Of a stretch of DNA of 64,000 nucleotides, positions 40,651-48,360 are shown piece after piece. The notes below the pieces were generated by a model, which was not told the origin of the DNA, searched no databases, and worked only from the letters and a program-made list of their open reading frames with translations. The position numbers were made by a program, and so were the translations under genes. Numbering within the stretch: the first letter of the stretch is position 1; every line of letters starts with the position of its first letter. This DNA is from Burkholderiales bacterium (GTDB lineage Bacteria; Pseudomonadota; Gammaproteobacteria; Burkholderiales; JACQAP01), in assembly GCA_045810225.1 (NCBI GenBank), contig JBJMWI010000028.1:18947-82946 (forward strand), written 5' to 3'.

Positions 40651-41406
40651 ATGTTCGATCTTACCGGCAAGGTGGCTCTGATCAGTGGCGCATCGCGCGG
40701 ACTGGGTTGGGCAATGGCGCAATCGCTCGCAACCGCCGGCGCACATGTGATGCTGAACGCGCGCGACGCAGCGGCGTTGAAAGACCGGGTCAGGGAACTG
40801 AGTGCCAAGGGACTGAAAGGTGAGGCGGCGCCGTTCGATGTGACTGACCATGCTGCGGGGGCAGCGTGCATCCAGGGCGCGATCAGGAAACATGGCCGCT
40901 TCGACATCCTGGTGGCCAACGCCGGAATTCAGCACCGTAAACCGATTACCGAATTCGAGGCCGCGGATTTCGAACGCGTGGTCGCCACCAACCTTACGGC
41001 CGTCTGGGCACTTGCCAAGGAAGCGGCGAAAGTCATGATACCGGCTCGCCGCGGCCGAATCATCATGACCGGATCGGTCAGCGCCATCCTTGCCCGCCCG
41101 ACTATTTCAGCTTATGTCGCCAGCAAGGGGGCCGTACACGCGCTGACTCGCGAACTGGCGATCGAACTCGCGCCGCACAACATTACGGCAAATGCGATTG
41201 CTCCCGGTTATTTCGCAACGGAAATGAACACCGCGCTCATCCAAAACAAGGAATTCAACGACTGGGTCTGCAAACGCACGCCGGCAGGGCGCTGGGGCGC
41301 GCTTCACGAGATCGGTCCAGTGGCGGTCTTTTTGGCTTCGGACGAAGCCTCATTCGTTAACGGCCACATCCTGGTGACCGATGGCGCGTTCAGTGCGGCA
41401 ATGTAA
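40651..41406 (+). CDS. SDR family oxidoreductase (gluconate 5-dehydrogenase-like)
   Basis: SGASRGLG, ANAG and YVASKGA motifs. SD GGGGAGGAGG lies upstream. Confidence 0.85.
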   Translation: MFDLTGKVALISGASRGLGWAMAQSLATAGAHVMLNARDAAALKDRVRELSAKGLKGEAAPFDVTDHAAGAACIQGAIRKHGRFDILVANAGIQHRKPITEFEAADFERVVATNLTAVWALAKEAAKVMIPARRGRIIMTGSVSAILARPTISAYVASKGAVHALTRELAIELAPHNITANAIAPGYFATEMNTALIQNKEFNDWVCKRTPAGRWGALHEIGPVAVFLASDEASFVNGHILVTDGAFSAAM

Positions 41407-41491
41407 AACCGTGCTCGAACGGCAGCCTCAGGATACGCATGAATCTACAGTCTCAGGGACCGTTGTGCACAAACTGAAATAGGGAGAGGCG

Positions 41492-42514
41492 ATGTCCACA
41501 AAATTCAAAATCGGGATTTCCCGCGACGCAATCACCGCGAATGGAACCATTTTTGGAGAAGAGGCATTCAACGTCCTGAAGGATCCCGCCGTGGAATGGG
41601 AGTTTCTTCCCGACAAAGTGGCCGAGATTCCCCCCGGTTACGCGGCGGAATACGACGCCATATGCCTGATGTCTGCAAAGGTCACGCGCAAAACGCTGTC
41701 GGGTACCAATCGCAAGCTGAAGTTGGTTGCGCGCTTCGGCGTCGGCTACGACACGGTCGATGTGGCCGCGTGTACCGACCATGGCGTATTGCTGACCATC
41801 TCTCCGGATGGCGTGCGGCGGCCGGTAGCGGCCAGCGTGATCGGTTTTGTGCTCGCGCTAGCGCATCGGATGTTCCTCAAGGACAAGCTCACGCGCGAGG
41901 GACGCTGGGCGGAAAAAGGCAATTACCTAGGCAGCGGGCTGATGGGGCGCACGCTGGGCGTAATCGGCGTTGGCAATATCGGCAGGGAAATATTCAAGCT
42001 CGCGCAGCCATTTGGCATGAAGCTGCTGGGTTGCGATCCGAACGTCACGCAAGCAGCAGTCGCCTCGTTGGGCGTGACCATGGTCGACAAGGATACGCTG
42101 CTCAGGCAGTCGGACTACATATCGATCAATACTCTACTCGACGACAGCACGCGTGGCTTGATCGGCGCGCGGGAATTCGAGCTGATGAAGCCGAGCGCCT
42201 ATTTCATCAACACGGCGCGTGGGCCCGTGGTCGTGGAATCAGCACTGATTGATGCGTTGAAAAATAATCGTATCGCCGGTGCGGCCATCGATGTGTTCGA
42301 ACAGGAGCCGGTGTCGCCGGACAATCCACTGCTGAAAATGGACAACGTGATCGTCGCGCCGCATGCCATCTGCCATACCGACGAATGCATGAGCCTGCTT
42401 GGACAGAGTGCATTCAAAGCGGCCGTCGACTTGGCGCATGGCCGCAAGCCCCATCTCATCGTCGATACCGCAGCGTTGCGGCATCCGGCGTGGGTCGGGA
42501 AATTCCACGCTTGA
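41492..42514 (+). CDS. D-isomer-specific 2-hydroxyacid dehydrogenase family protein (paralog 1)
   Basis: GVIGVGNIGREI NAD motif, FINTARG, IAGAAIDVFEQEP and the catalytic His in APH. Confidence 0.85.
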   Translation: MSTKFKIGISRDAITANGTIFGEEAFNVLKDPAVEWEFLPDKVAEIPPGYAAEYDAICLMSAKVTRKTLSGTNRKLKLVARFGVGYDTVDVAACTDHGVLLTISPDGVRRPVAASVIGFVLALAHRMFLKDKLTREGRWAEKGNYLGSGLMGRTLGVIGVGNIGREIFKLAQPFGMKLLGCDPNVTQAAVASLGVTMVDKDTLLRQSDYISINTLLDDSTRGLIGAREFELMKPSAYFINTARGPVVVESALIDALKNNRIAGAAIDVFEQEPVSPDNPLLKMDNVIVAPHAICHTDECMSLLGQSAFKAAVDLAHGRKPHLIVDTAALRHPAWVGKFHA

Positions 42515-42531
42515 CGGCCGCGGAGCAAAAA

Positions 42532-43329
42532 ATGAGAACCAATCCAGTAAAAGAAAAGCTGCTGAAGGGCGAGCCGGTGTTCGGAGCTTTCGGTTGGGAA
42601 TTCCTGGTGCCGGGTCTACCGCAGATCGTGAAGTCCTGTGGCGCGGAATTTCTGCTGATTGACATGGAACACGCCGGCACCAGCTACGAAACGCTCAAGA
42701 ATCAGGCCGCACTCTCCCGCGGGCTCGATCTAGTCCCGATGGCCAGGGTACCGGCGAATCAATATCACTATATTTCGCGCGCGCTCGATCTCGGCGTCAT
42801 GGGGATCATGGCGCCGATGGTGGGCTCGGCCGACGAGGCGCGCCATATCGTGTCGTGCACGCGTTATCCGCCCGCGGGACGCCGCGGCGCAGCGTTCGGA
42901 TTTGCTTCGGATGACTACATTGGCGGCAGCGTTGCCGACAAGATAAAAATCGCCAATGAACGAACCCTGGTCATGTGTCTCATCGAAACCGCGGAAGGCA
43001 TCGACAACGTGGAGGAAATTGCTGCAGTACCAGGTGTGGACGTGCTGTGGCTCGGCCACTTTGATCTGACCAATTTCCTCGGCATTCCCGCGCAGTTCGA
43101 TCATCCAAAATATGTCACGGCGATCGCGAAAATGACCGCTGCTGCGAAGAAGCACGGCAAGGTGCTCGCGTGTGCAACGGGCGATGATCAGTGGAGTCAA
43201 GATTATTGGGACAAAGGCTTCCGGCTGTTCGCCATGGGTATTGATTCCATGCTGCTGCAGGGGGCGTTGAAGCAGGGCTTGGGAACACTGGAAGCGCTGA
43301 AGGCCAAAACCTCGCTCAAAACAAAGTAA
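42532..43329 (+). CDS. HpcH/HpaI family aldolase (2-keto-3-deoxy acid aldolase-like)
   Basis: ATG at 42532. Blocks FLLIDMEHA, ARVPAN, GIMAPMV..A.EA, RYPP.G.RG and ETAEGIDNVEEIAAVPGVDVLW.G..DL are typical of class II HpcH/HpaI aldolases. Confidence 0.85.
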   Translation: MRTNPVKEKLLKGEPVFGAFGWEFLVPGLPQIVKSCGAEFLLIDMEHAGTSYETLKNQAALSRGLDLVPMARVPANQYHYISRALDLGVMGIMAPMVGSADEARHIVSCTRYPPAGRRGAAFGFASDDYIGGSVADKIKIANERTLVMCLIETAEGIDNVEEIAAVPGVDVLWLGHFDLTNFLGIPAQFDHPKYVTAIAKMTAAAKKHGKVLACATGDDQWSQDYWDKGFRLFAMGIDSMLLQGALKQGLGTLEALKAKTSLKTK

Positions 43330-43372
43330 TTGCCTGGCTCGCTTCGCGGGTCAGGCATGGGGACACAGGAAC

Positions 43373-44392
43373 ATGGCCGGGTCGAAGTTTCGCGTTGGCA
43401 TCACGAAAGACAATATCGGACCCGGCGGCCAACCGCTGTTCGCCGAGTCCGCACTTGCGATCCTGAAGGACGCAGGCATCGACTATGCCTTCCTGCCGGA
43501 GTACGAAGCGGAACTGACCCCGGCGACCGCGGCCAAGTACGACGCTCTGGCCGTGATGCTGGCGAAGGTAACGCGGCGTACCGTATCGGGTCCCGATCGC
43601 AGGCTCAAACTGATCGCCCGCTTTGGTGTGGGCTACGACACCGTCGACGTGGCGGCCTGCACTGAGAACGGCGTGATCCTGGCCATAACGCCCGACGGCG
43701 TGCGCCGTCCCGTGGCGACTGCGGCGCTGACGTTCGTACTCATGCTTGCGCAGAAAGTCGTCGCCAAGGACCGCTTGACGCGCGCAGGCCGCTGGAACGA
43801 ACGGCTGCATCACATGGGGCCCGGCGTATCCGGACGTATGCTCGGCTCGATCGGTGTGGGCAATATCGGCGCTGAACTGTTCCGCCTGGCAGCGCCGTTC
43901 GGCATGAAGCACATCGCTTGCGATCCTTACGTGACGCAGGAATCGGTGGCTCCGCTGGGCGTCACACTGGTGGACATGGATACACTATTTCGCGAAGCCG
44001 ATTTTGTCTGCGTAAATTGCCCGCTCAATGCCGAGACTCGCAAACTGGTTGGTGCGCGGGAATTCGCATTGATGAAGCAAACCGCGTTTTTCATCAATAC
44101 CGCGCGCGGACCGATTGTGGATGAAAATGCCCTCATCGAAGCGCTATCCTCGCATCGCATCGCCGGTGCGGCCATTGATGTATTCGAGCAGGAACCGGTC
44201 TTGCCTGACAATCCGCTGCTCAAGCTCGACAACACTATCGTCACCCCGCATCACATCTGTCTGACTGAAGAGTGCATCAATACCGTTGCCGCGAGCGTGT
44301 TCAGTGCCTGCCGTGATCTGGCCGCCGGGCGCGTGCCGAAAAATGTGGTGAACCAGGAAGTGCTGGGCAGGGTCGATTACTTTCATCGATAA
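43373..44392 (+). CDS. D-isomer-specific 2-hydroxyacid dehydrogenase family protein (paralog 2)
   Basis: Colinear with the 41492-42514 product, with long identical runs (KLIARFGVGYDTVDVAACT, ITPDGVRRPVA, FINTARGP, IAGAAIDVFEQEPV.PDNPLLK.DN). Confidence 0.85.
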   Translation: MAGSKFRVGITKDNIGPGGQPLFAESALAILKDAGIDYAFLPEYEAELTPATAAKYDALAVMLAKVTRRTVSGPDRRLKLIARFGVGYDTVDVAACTENGVILAITPDGVRRPVATAALTFVLMLAQKVVAKDRLTRAGRWNERLHHMGPGVSGRMLGSIGVGNIGAELFRLAAPFGMKHIACDPYVTQESVAPLGVTLVDMDTLFREADFVCVNCPLNAETRKLVGAREFALMKQTAFFINTARGPIVDENALIEALSSHRIAGAAIDVFEQEPVLPDNPLLKLDNTIVTPHHICLTEECINTVAASVFSACRDLAAGRVPKNVVNQEVLGRVDYFHR

Positions 44393-44448
44393 TATTTATG
44401 GTCAGCTAGGTGCTGCTTGACCTGCATTCATAGTCGAAAGGCCGCATT

Positions 44449-45309
44449 ATGGTTAGCGTTCGGAAGTCCGGGTGCTGCATGGGATCCGAAGTGTCCGGTG
44501 TGGACCTGTCCGAGCCGCTCTCTGACGATGTGTTCCATGAAATCCGGGACGCATTGCATGGCTCGCATGTGCTTGTGTTCCGCGCGCAGAAGTTGCAGCC
44601 GCGTTCGTTTCTGGACTTTGCGCGCCGTTTCGGCAAGCCCGAGCCGCACGTACTCGATCAGTATCATCATGCCGACTATCCGGACATTTTGATGTTGTCG
44701 AACATCGTGAAGGACGGCAAGCCCGCTGGATTGGCTGACGGCGGTACCTATTGGCACAGCGACTATTCCTACCTCGACATCCCGGCGCGCGCAACGCTGC
44801 TCTACTCGGTCGAGGTTCCCAAGATCGGCGGCGATACCTTGTTTGCAGACCAGCAGCAGGCCTATGCGGATTTGCCTGATGCAACGAAGCGGCGTCTCCA
44901 AGGATTGATTACGCTGAATGTCTACGGCAACCGCGATGATCTCGATCCGCAATCCCGCACCGCCGCCGCGCCGCCAACGCTGGAGCAGAAGCAAAAACGC
45001 GGGGCGTTTCTGATACGCCACCCCCTGGTACGCCGGCATCCCTACAGCGGACGCAAAGCGCTTTATGCGGTGTCTGGCACGTCATTCGGCATAGAAGGTA
45101 TGCCTGAGGCAGAGGGCCTGGCGTTGTTGACGGAACTTGCAGCGCATTCAACCCAGCCTAGATACCAGTATCGCGTTAAATACGGTGTGGGTGATGTGGT
45201 GGTCTGGGACAATGCTTCCGTGCTGCATTCGGCAACGCTAACCGATCCCTTGCATCCACGCACATTGATGCGCGTAACAACGAAGGAAGCGCAGCGGCCT
45301 GTTGCCTGA
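44449..45309 (+). CDS. TauD/TfdA family Fe(II)/2-oxoglutarate dioxygenase
   Basis: WHSDYSY (HxD of the facial triad), GGDTLFAD and VVWDN.SVLHSA (distal His). An alternative start is the ATG at 44479 (MGSEVSGVDL). Confidence 0.85.
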   Translation: MVSVRKSGCCMGSEVSGVDLSEPLSDDVFHEIRDALHGSHVLVFRAQKLQPRSFLDFARRFGKPEPHVLDQYHHADYPDILMLSNIVKDGKPAGLADGGTYWHSDYSYLDIPARATLLYSVEVPKIGGDTLFADQQQAYADLPDATKRRLQGLITLNVYGNRDDLDPQSRTAAAPPTLEQKQKRGAFLIRHPLVRRHPYSGRKALYAVSGTSFGIEGMPEAEGLALLTELAAHSTQPRYQYRVKYGVGDVVVWDNASVLHSATLTDPLHPRTLMRVTTKEAQRPVA

Positions 45310-45331
45310 ATCGGGCCCGCATACGCGTTAT

Positions 45332-46402
45332 ATGGCCTTCGCGACAAGACTGGTCGGTCTGTTATTTTGCAGTGCCTGTACCGCGCTGGCTGCACCGTAT
45401 CCCGATCCCAAGCCTGCCGAAGCGGAATTCCGTGATTTTCATTTCGCGACCGGCGAAGTCTTGCCGTCGCTGAAACTTCACTATTTCACGCTCGGCACAC
45501 CGGTGCGAAACGCGGATGGGCAGATCGCCAACGCAGTGTTGCTGTTGCATGGCACCGCAGGCAGAGCTGCCGGCTTTTTCACGCAACCATTTGCTGGAGA
45601 ACTGTTCGGCAGTGGGCAGGTACTGGATGCCACGCGTTGGTTCATCATCGTTCCGGACAACATCGGCCACGGCGGCTCTAGCAAGCCGAGCGATGGGCTG
45701 CATGCGAAATTTCCGCATTACGGCTACCGGGACATGGTCGAAGCGCAACATCGCCTGCTTGCGGAAGCCCTCGGCGTGCAGCATCTGCGCCTCATTATCG
45801 GCACATCGATGGGTTGCATGCACGCATGGATGTGGGCCGGCAACCAGCCGCACTATATGGACGCAGTTTTGCCGATCGCCTGTCTGCCTGCACCGATCGC
45901 AGGCCGCAACCGCATGGAACGGCGCTTGATCGTGGACGCGATCCGCAATGATCCGGAATGGCAGGGAGGTGAATACGCGAAGCAGCCGCAGGGATTGCTG
46001 ACCGCGCTCCGGATGATCGCCATCAGTGCCGGCAGCACCAGGCAGCTTTATCTGCAGGCGCCGACCGTTGAGGCGACCGACCGCTTACTGGACCGCATGG
46101 TGCTGCAGCGCATGCAGTACGCGGATGCAAATGACTTGTTGTACGCGTGGGATGCGTCGCGCGACTACGATCCCGCGGAGAATCTCGGGCGAATCAGTGC
46201 GCACGTCACCGCCGTCAACTTCGCAGACGATGAGCGCAATCCGCCGCAGCTACAAGTCATGGAGCGAGAGATTGTCCGCGCGCCTCATGGAAGATATGTA
46301 TTAATTCCGGCCAGCGACCGCACGCGCGGCCATGCCAGCCTTGCCGACGCAGTGTTGTGGAAAGAGTACCTTGTGGACCTGCTCGCGCACCTTTCGCGTT
46401 AA
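45332..46402 (+). CDS. Alpha/beta hydrolase with signal peptide (homoserine O-acetyltransferase-like fold)
   Basis: Signal peptide MAFATRLVGLLFCSACTALAAP, LLLHGTAG and nucleophile elbow GTSMGCMHAW. Confidence 0.7.
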   Translation: MAFATRLVGLLFCSACTALAAPYPDPKPAEAEFRDFHFATGEVLPSLKLHYFTLGTPVRNADGQIANAVLLLHGTAGRAAGFFTQPFAGELFGSGQVLDATRWFIIVPDNIGHGGSSKPSDGLHAKFPHYGYRDMVEAQHRLLAEALGVQHLRLIIGTSMGCMHAWMWAGNQPHYMDAVLPIACLPAPIAGRNRMERRLIVDAIRNDPEWQGGEYAKQPQGLLTALRMIAISAGSTRQLYLQAPTVEATDRLLDRMVLQRMQYADANDLLYAWDASRDYDPAENLGRISAHVTAVNFADDERNPPQLQVMEREIVRAPHGRYVLIPASDRTRGHASLADAVLWKEYLVDLLAHLSR

Positions 46403-46407
46403 CAGTC

Positions 46408-47091
46408 CTAGAGCGGCTTGCTCGGATCGATCAGCGTGCGCCACATATGCGCTGTTGCACTACTGTCGTTGCCCAACCCTTCTTTCGGCTGGCGGAAATG
46501 GCGGCCGATGATTTCGGCGAACGGCTCGACCGACCACGGCACTGACTTGTCAAAAGCATAGTCATCGCACTTGGTGATATTGCGCGAGATCATGTACCAC
46601 TTGTGCTTGCGCGCATAATCGTGTGCTTGCGCGATATATTCGGGCGGACGATAGTCCTCGCCGAACATCGTGACGTACATTTGCGGATATTCGTAGCCTA
46701 CTGACGCGTCGGGGTAATAACGCAGGGCCTGGTGATAACGGATCGCCCACGAGATTTTTTCCGAAACGTAAGGCTCGACCAGTTGCGCGCCCCACCAGCC
46801 ATGATCGGGCCGCACGACAGCGAGTCCGATATCGTGCAGCAGGCAGGCCAGAATGGTCTCTTCATCCATGCCGGCTTTCATCGCCTGCATGGCGGTTTGC
46901 ACGCAATGCGGCGCTGCCGCCGTGGGCAGCCCGAATTTCGGCGTGTTCAGCCGCAGGTTGAAGATATCGGCCAGGGTCGGCTTGGCCGGCATCGGGACAT
47001 CAGGCGTTGGCGGGCGGATGCGCGCGAACGCGGCGCCGATGTCCATCAAGTCGCGCTGCCGTTCGACACTGAGTTCTTCGCCGGGCTTCAT
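46408..47091 (-). CDS. HD-domain protein (metal-dependent phosphohydrolase/oxygenase superfamily)
   Basis: The pattern H-x23-HD-x9-H-x22-H (PHCVQ...LLHDIG...PDHG...RYHQ) was counted directly from the translation. Confidence 0.7.
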   Translation of the reverse strand: MKPGEELSVERQRDLMDIGAAFARIRPPTPDVPMPAKPTLADIFNLRLNTPKFGLPTAAAPHCVQTAMQAMKAGMDEETILACLLHDIGLAVVRPDHGWWGAQLVEPYVSEKISWAIRYHQALRYYPDASVGYEYPQMYVTMFGEDYRPPEYIAQAHDYARKHKWYMISRNITKCDDYAFDKSVPWSVEPFAEIIGRHFRQPKEGLGNDSSATAHMWRTLIDPSKPL

Positions 47092-47099
47092 CGTTTACC

Positions 47100-47891
47100 T
47101 CATCCAAAGCAGGCCCGCACCACGCCGCCATCAACGCGCAAGGCGGCACCATTGGTAGCGGATGATAGCGGACTGCACACGTAGGCGACCATGGTGGCGA
47201 CTTCCTGCGTCGTCGCATAGCGCTTCAGCAGCGAACTCGGGCGCACTTTCTCGAAAAATTCCTTCTCGAATTCCGGAAACGGCTTTCCGGCTGCCCGCTT
47301 TGCGATGGCGGCCTTGTTGCCTTCCGACAACGTGGGGCCGGGCAGAACCGCATTGACTGTGACATGGGTGCCTACGCACGTTTCTGCGAGCCCGCGCGAA
47401 ATTGCCAGCTGCGCGGTCTTGGTCATGCCGTAATGAATCATATTATCCGGAATCTGGATCCCGCTTTCACTGCTGATAAACACGATGCGCCCCCAGTTGC
47501 GCTGTTTCATTCCGGGCAAATAGGCACGCGACAGCCGCACGCCGCTCATCACGTTGATGTCAAAGAAGCGCTGCCATTCGGCGTCATCGATGTCCTCGAA
47601 CGCCTTGCGCTCAAAAATGCCGAGGTTGTTGACCAGAATGTCAACGGCGGGGAAACGCTGTGTCAGCGCTTCCGTCGGTCCGGCGGCGGACAGATCGCCG
47701 GCAAAGCCATTTAGTTTCGCCTTGGGCGTGGCGGCGCGGATGCGCTGCAGCGCGTCGTCCACCGCGGCTTGGGTGCGACCGTTAACGATAACTTCAGCGC
47801 CTTCGGCAGCAAGCAGCGCTGCGATGGCAAAACCGATGCCCTTGGTGGATCCCGAGACAAGGGCCGATTTTTGCTGCAGTTTCAGATCCAT
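47100..47891 (-). CDS. SDR family oxidoreductase
   Basis: SGSTKGIG, NNLG and YGMTK motifs. Stop lies 8 nt upstream of the HD gene start, so likely co-transcribed. Confidence 0.85.
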   Translation of the reverse strand: MDLKLQQKSALVSGSTKGIGFAIAALLAAEGAEVIVNGRTQAAVDDALQRIRAATPKAKLNGFAGDLSAAGPTEALTQRFPAVDILVNNLGIFERKAFEDIDDAEWQRFFDINVMSGVRLSRAYLPGMKQRNWGRIVFISSESGIQIPDNMIHYGMTKTAQLAISRGLAETCVGTHVTVNAVLPGPTLSEGNKAAIAKRAAGKPFPEFEKEFFEKVRPSSLLKRYATTQEVATMVAYVCSPLSSATNGAALRVDGGVVRACFG

Positions 47892-47942
47892 TCTATGGTT
47901 CCGAGGTCAGGCAATCGGCCCGGTCCTATTAACGGGCAGCGC

Positions 47943-48206
47943 CTACTCGGTCTCGCCCGGTTCATCGGACCAACGCCGCAGCGGACCCGCATAGTCGGGG
48001 TCCGAATTTTCGCCGTCCGGTTCGTCGGTTTCATCATCGAATTTTTCCATTGCTTTGAGCAGCGACTGCAAGCGCTTTTCCGCGATGGTTTCCGGATCGG
48101 GCTTGTCTCCGATCTTTTCGATAACGGATGCCGCAGCGGAATAATCTTTTTTCGTTTTGATGGGCCGTGCAACGCCGTTGATCTTATGGGTGCGATCTTT
48201 TGTCAT
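47943..48206 (-). CDS. Small acidic hypothetical protein (87 aa)
   Basis: ORF with a basic N-terminus and a strongly acidic C-terminal tail (DDETDEPDGENSDPDY..DEPGETE). No family recognised. Coding status is not proven. Confidence 0.45.
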   Translation of the reverse strand: MTKDRTHKINGVARPIKTKKDYSAAASVIEKIGDKPDPETIAEKRLQSLLKAMEKFDDETDEPDGENSDPDYAGPLRRWSDEPGETE

Positions 48207-48360
48207 GCTTGCCCCTTTGCAAAAGACGTCCGTGCGCGAGCCAGATTCCCTGCGCCCCCGGCCAGCGACAAGCTAGTGTACCCCACGATGTCAGCACAGG
48301 TTGGTGAGTGTCAAAGCCCCTTGACTAGCCGGTTGGTACCCGGAACATAGGTCGGCATAA

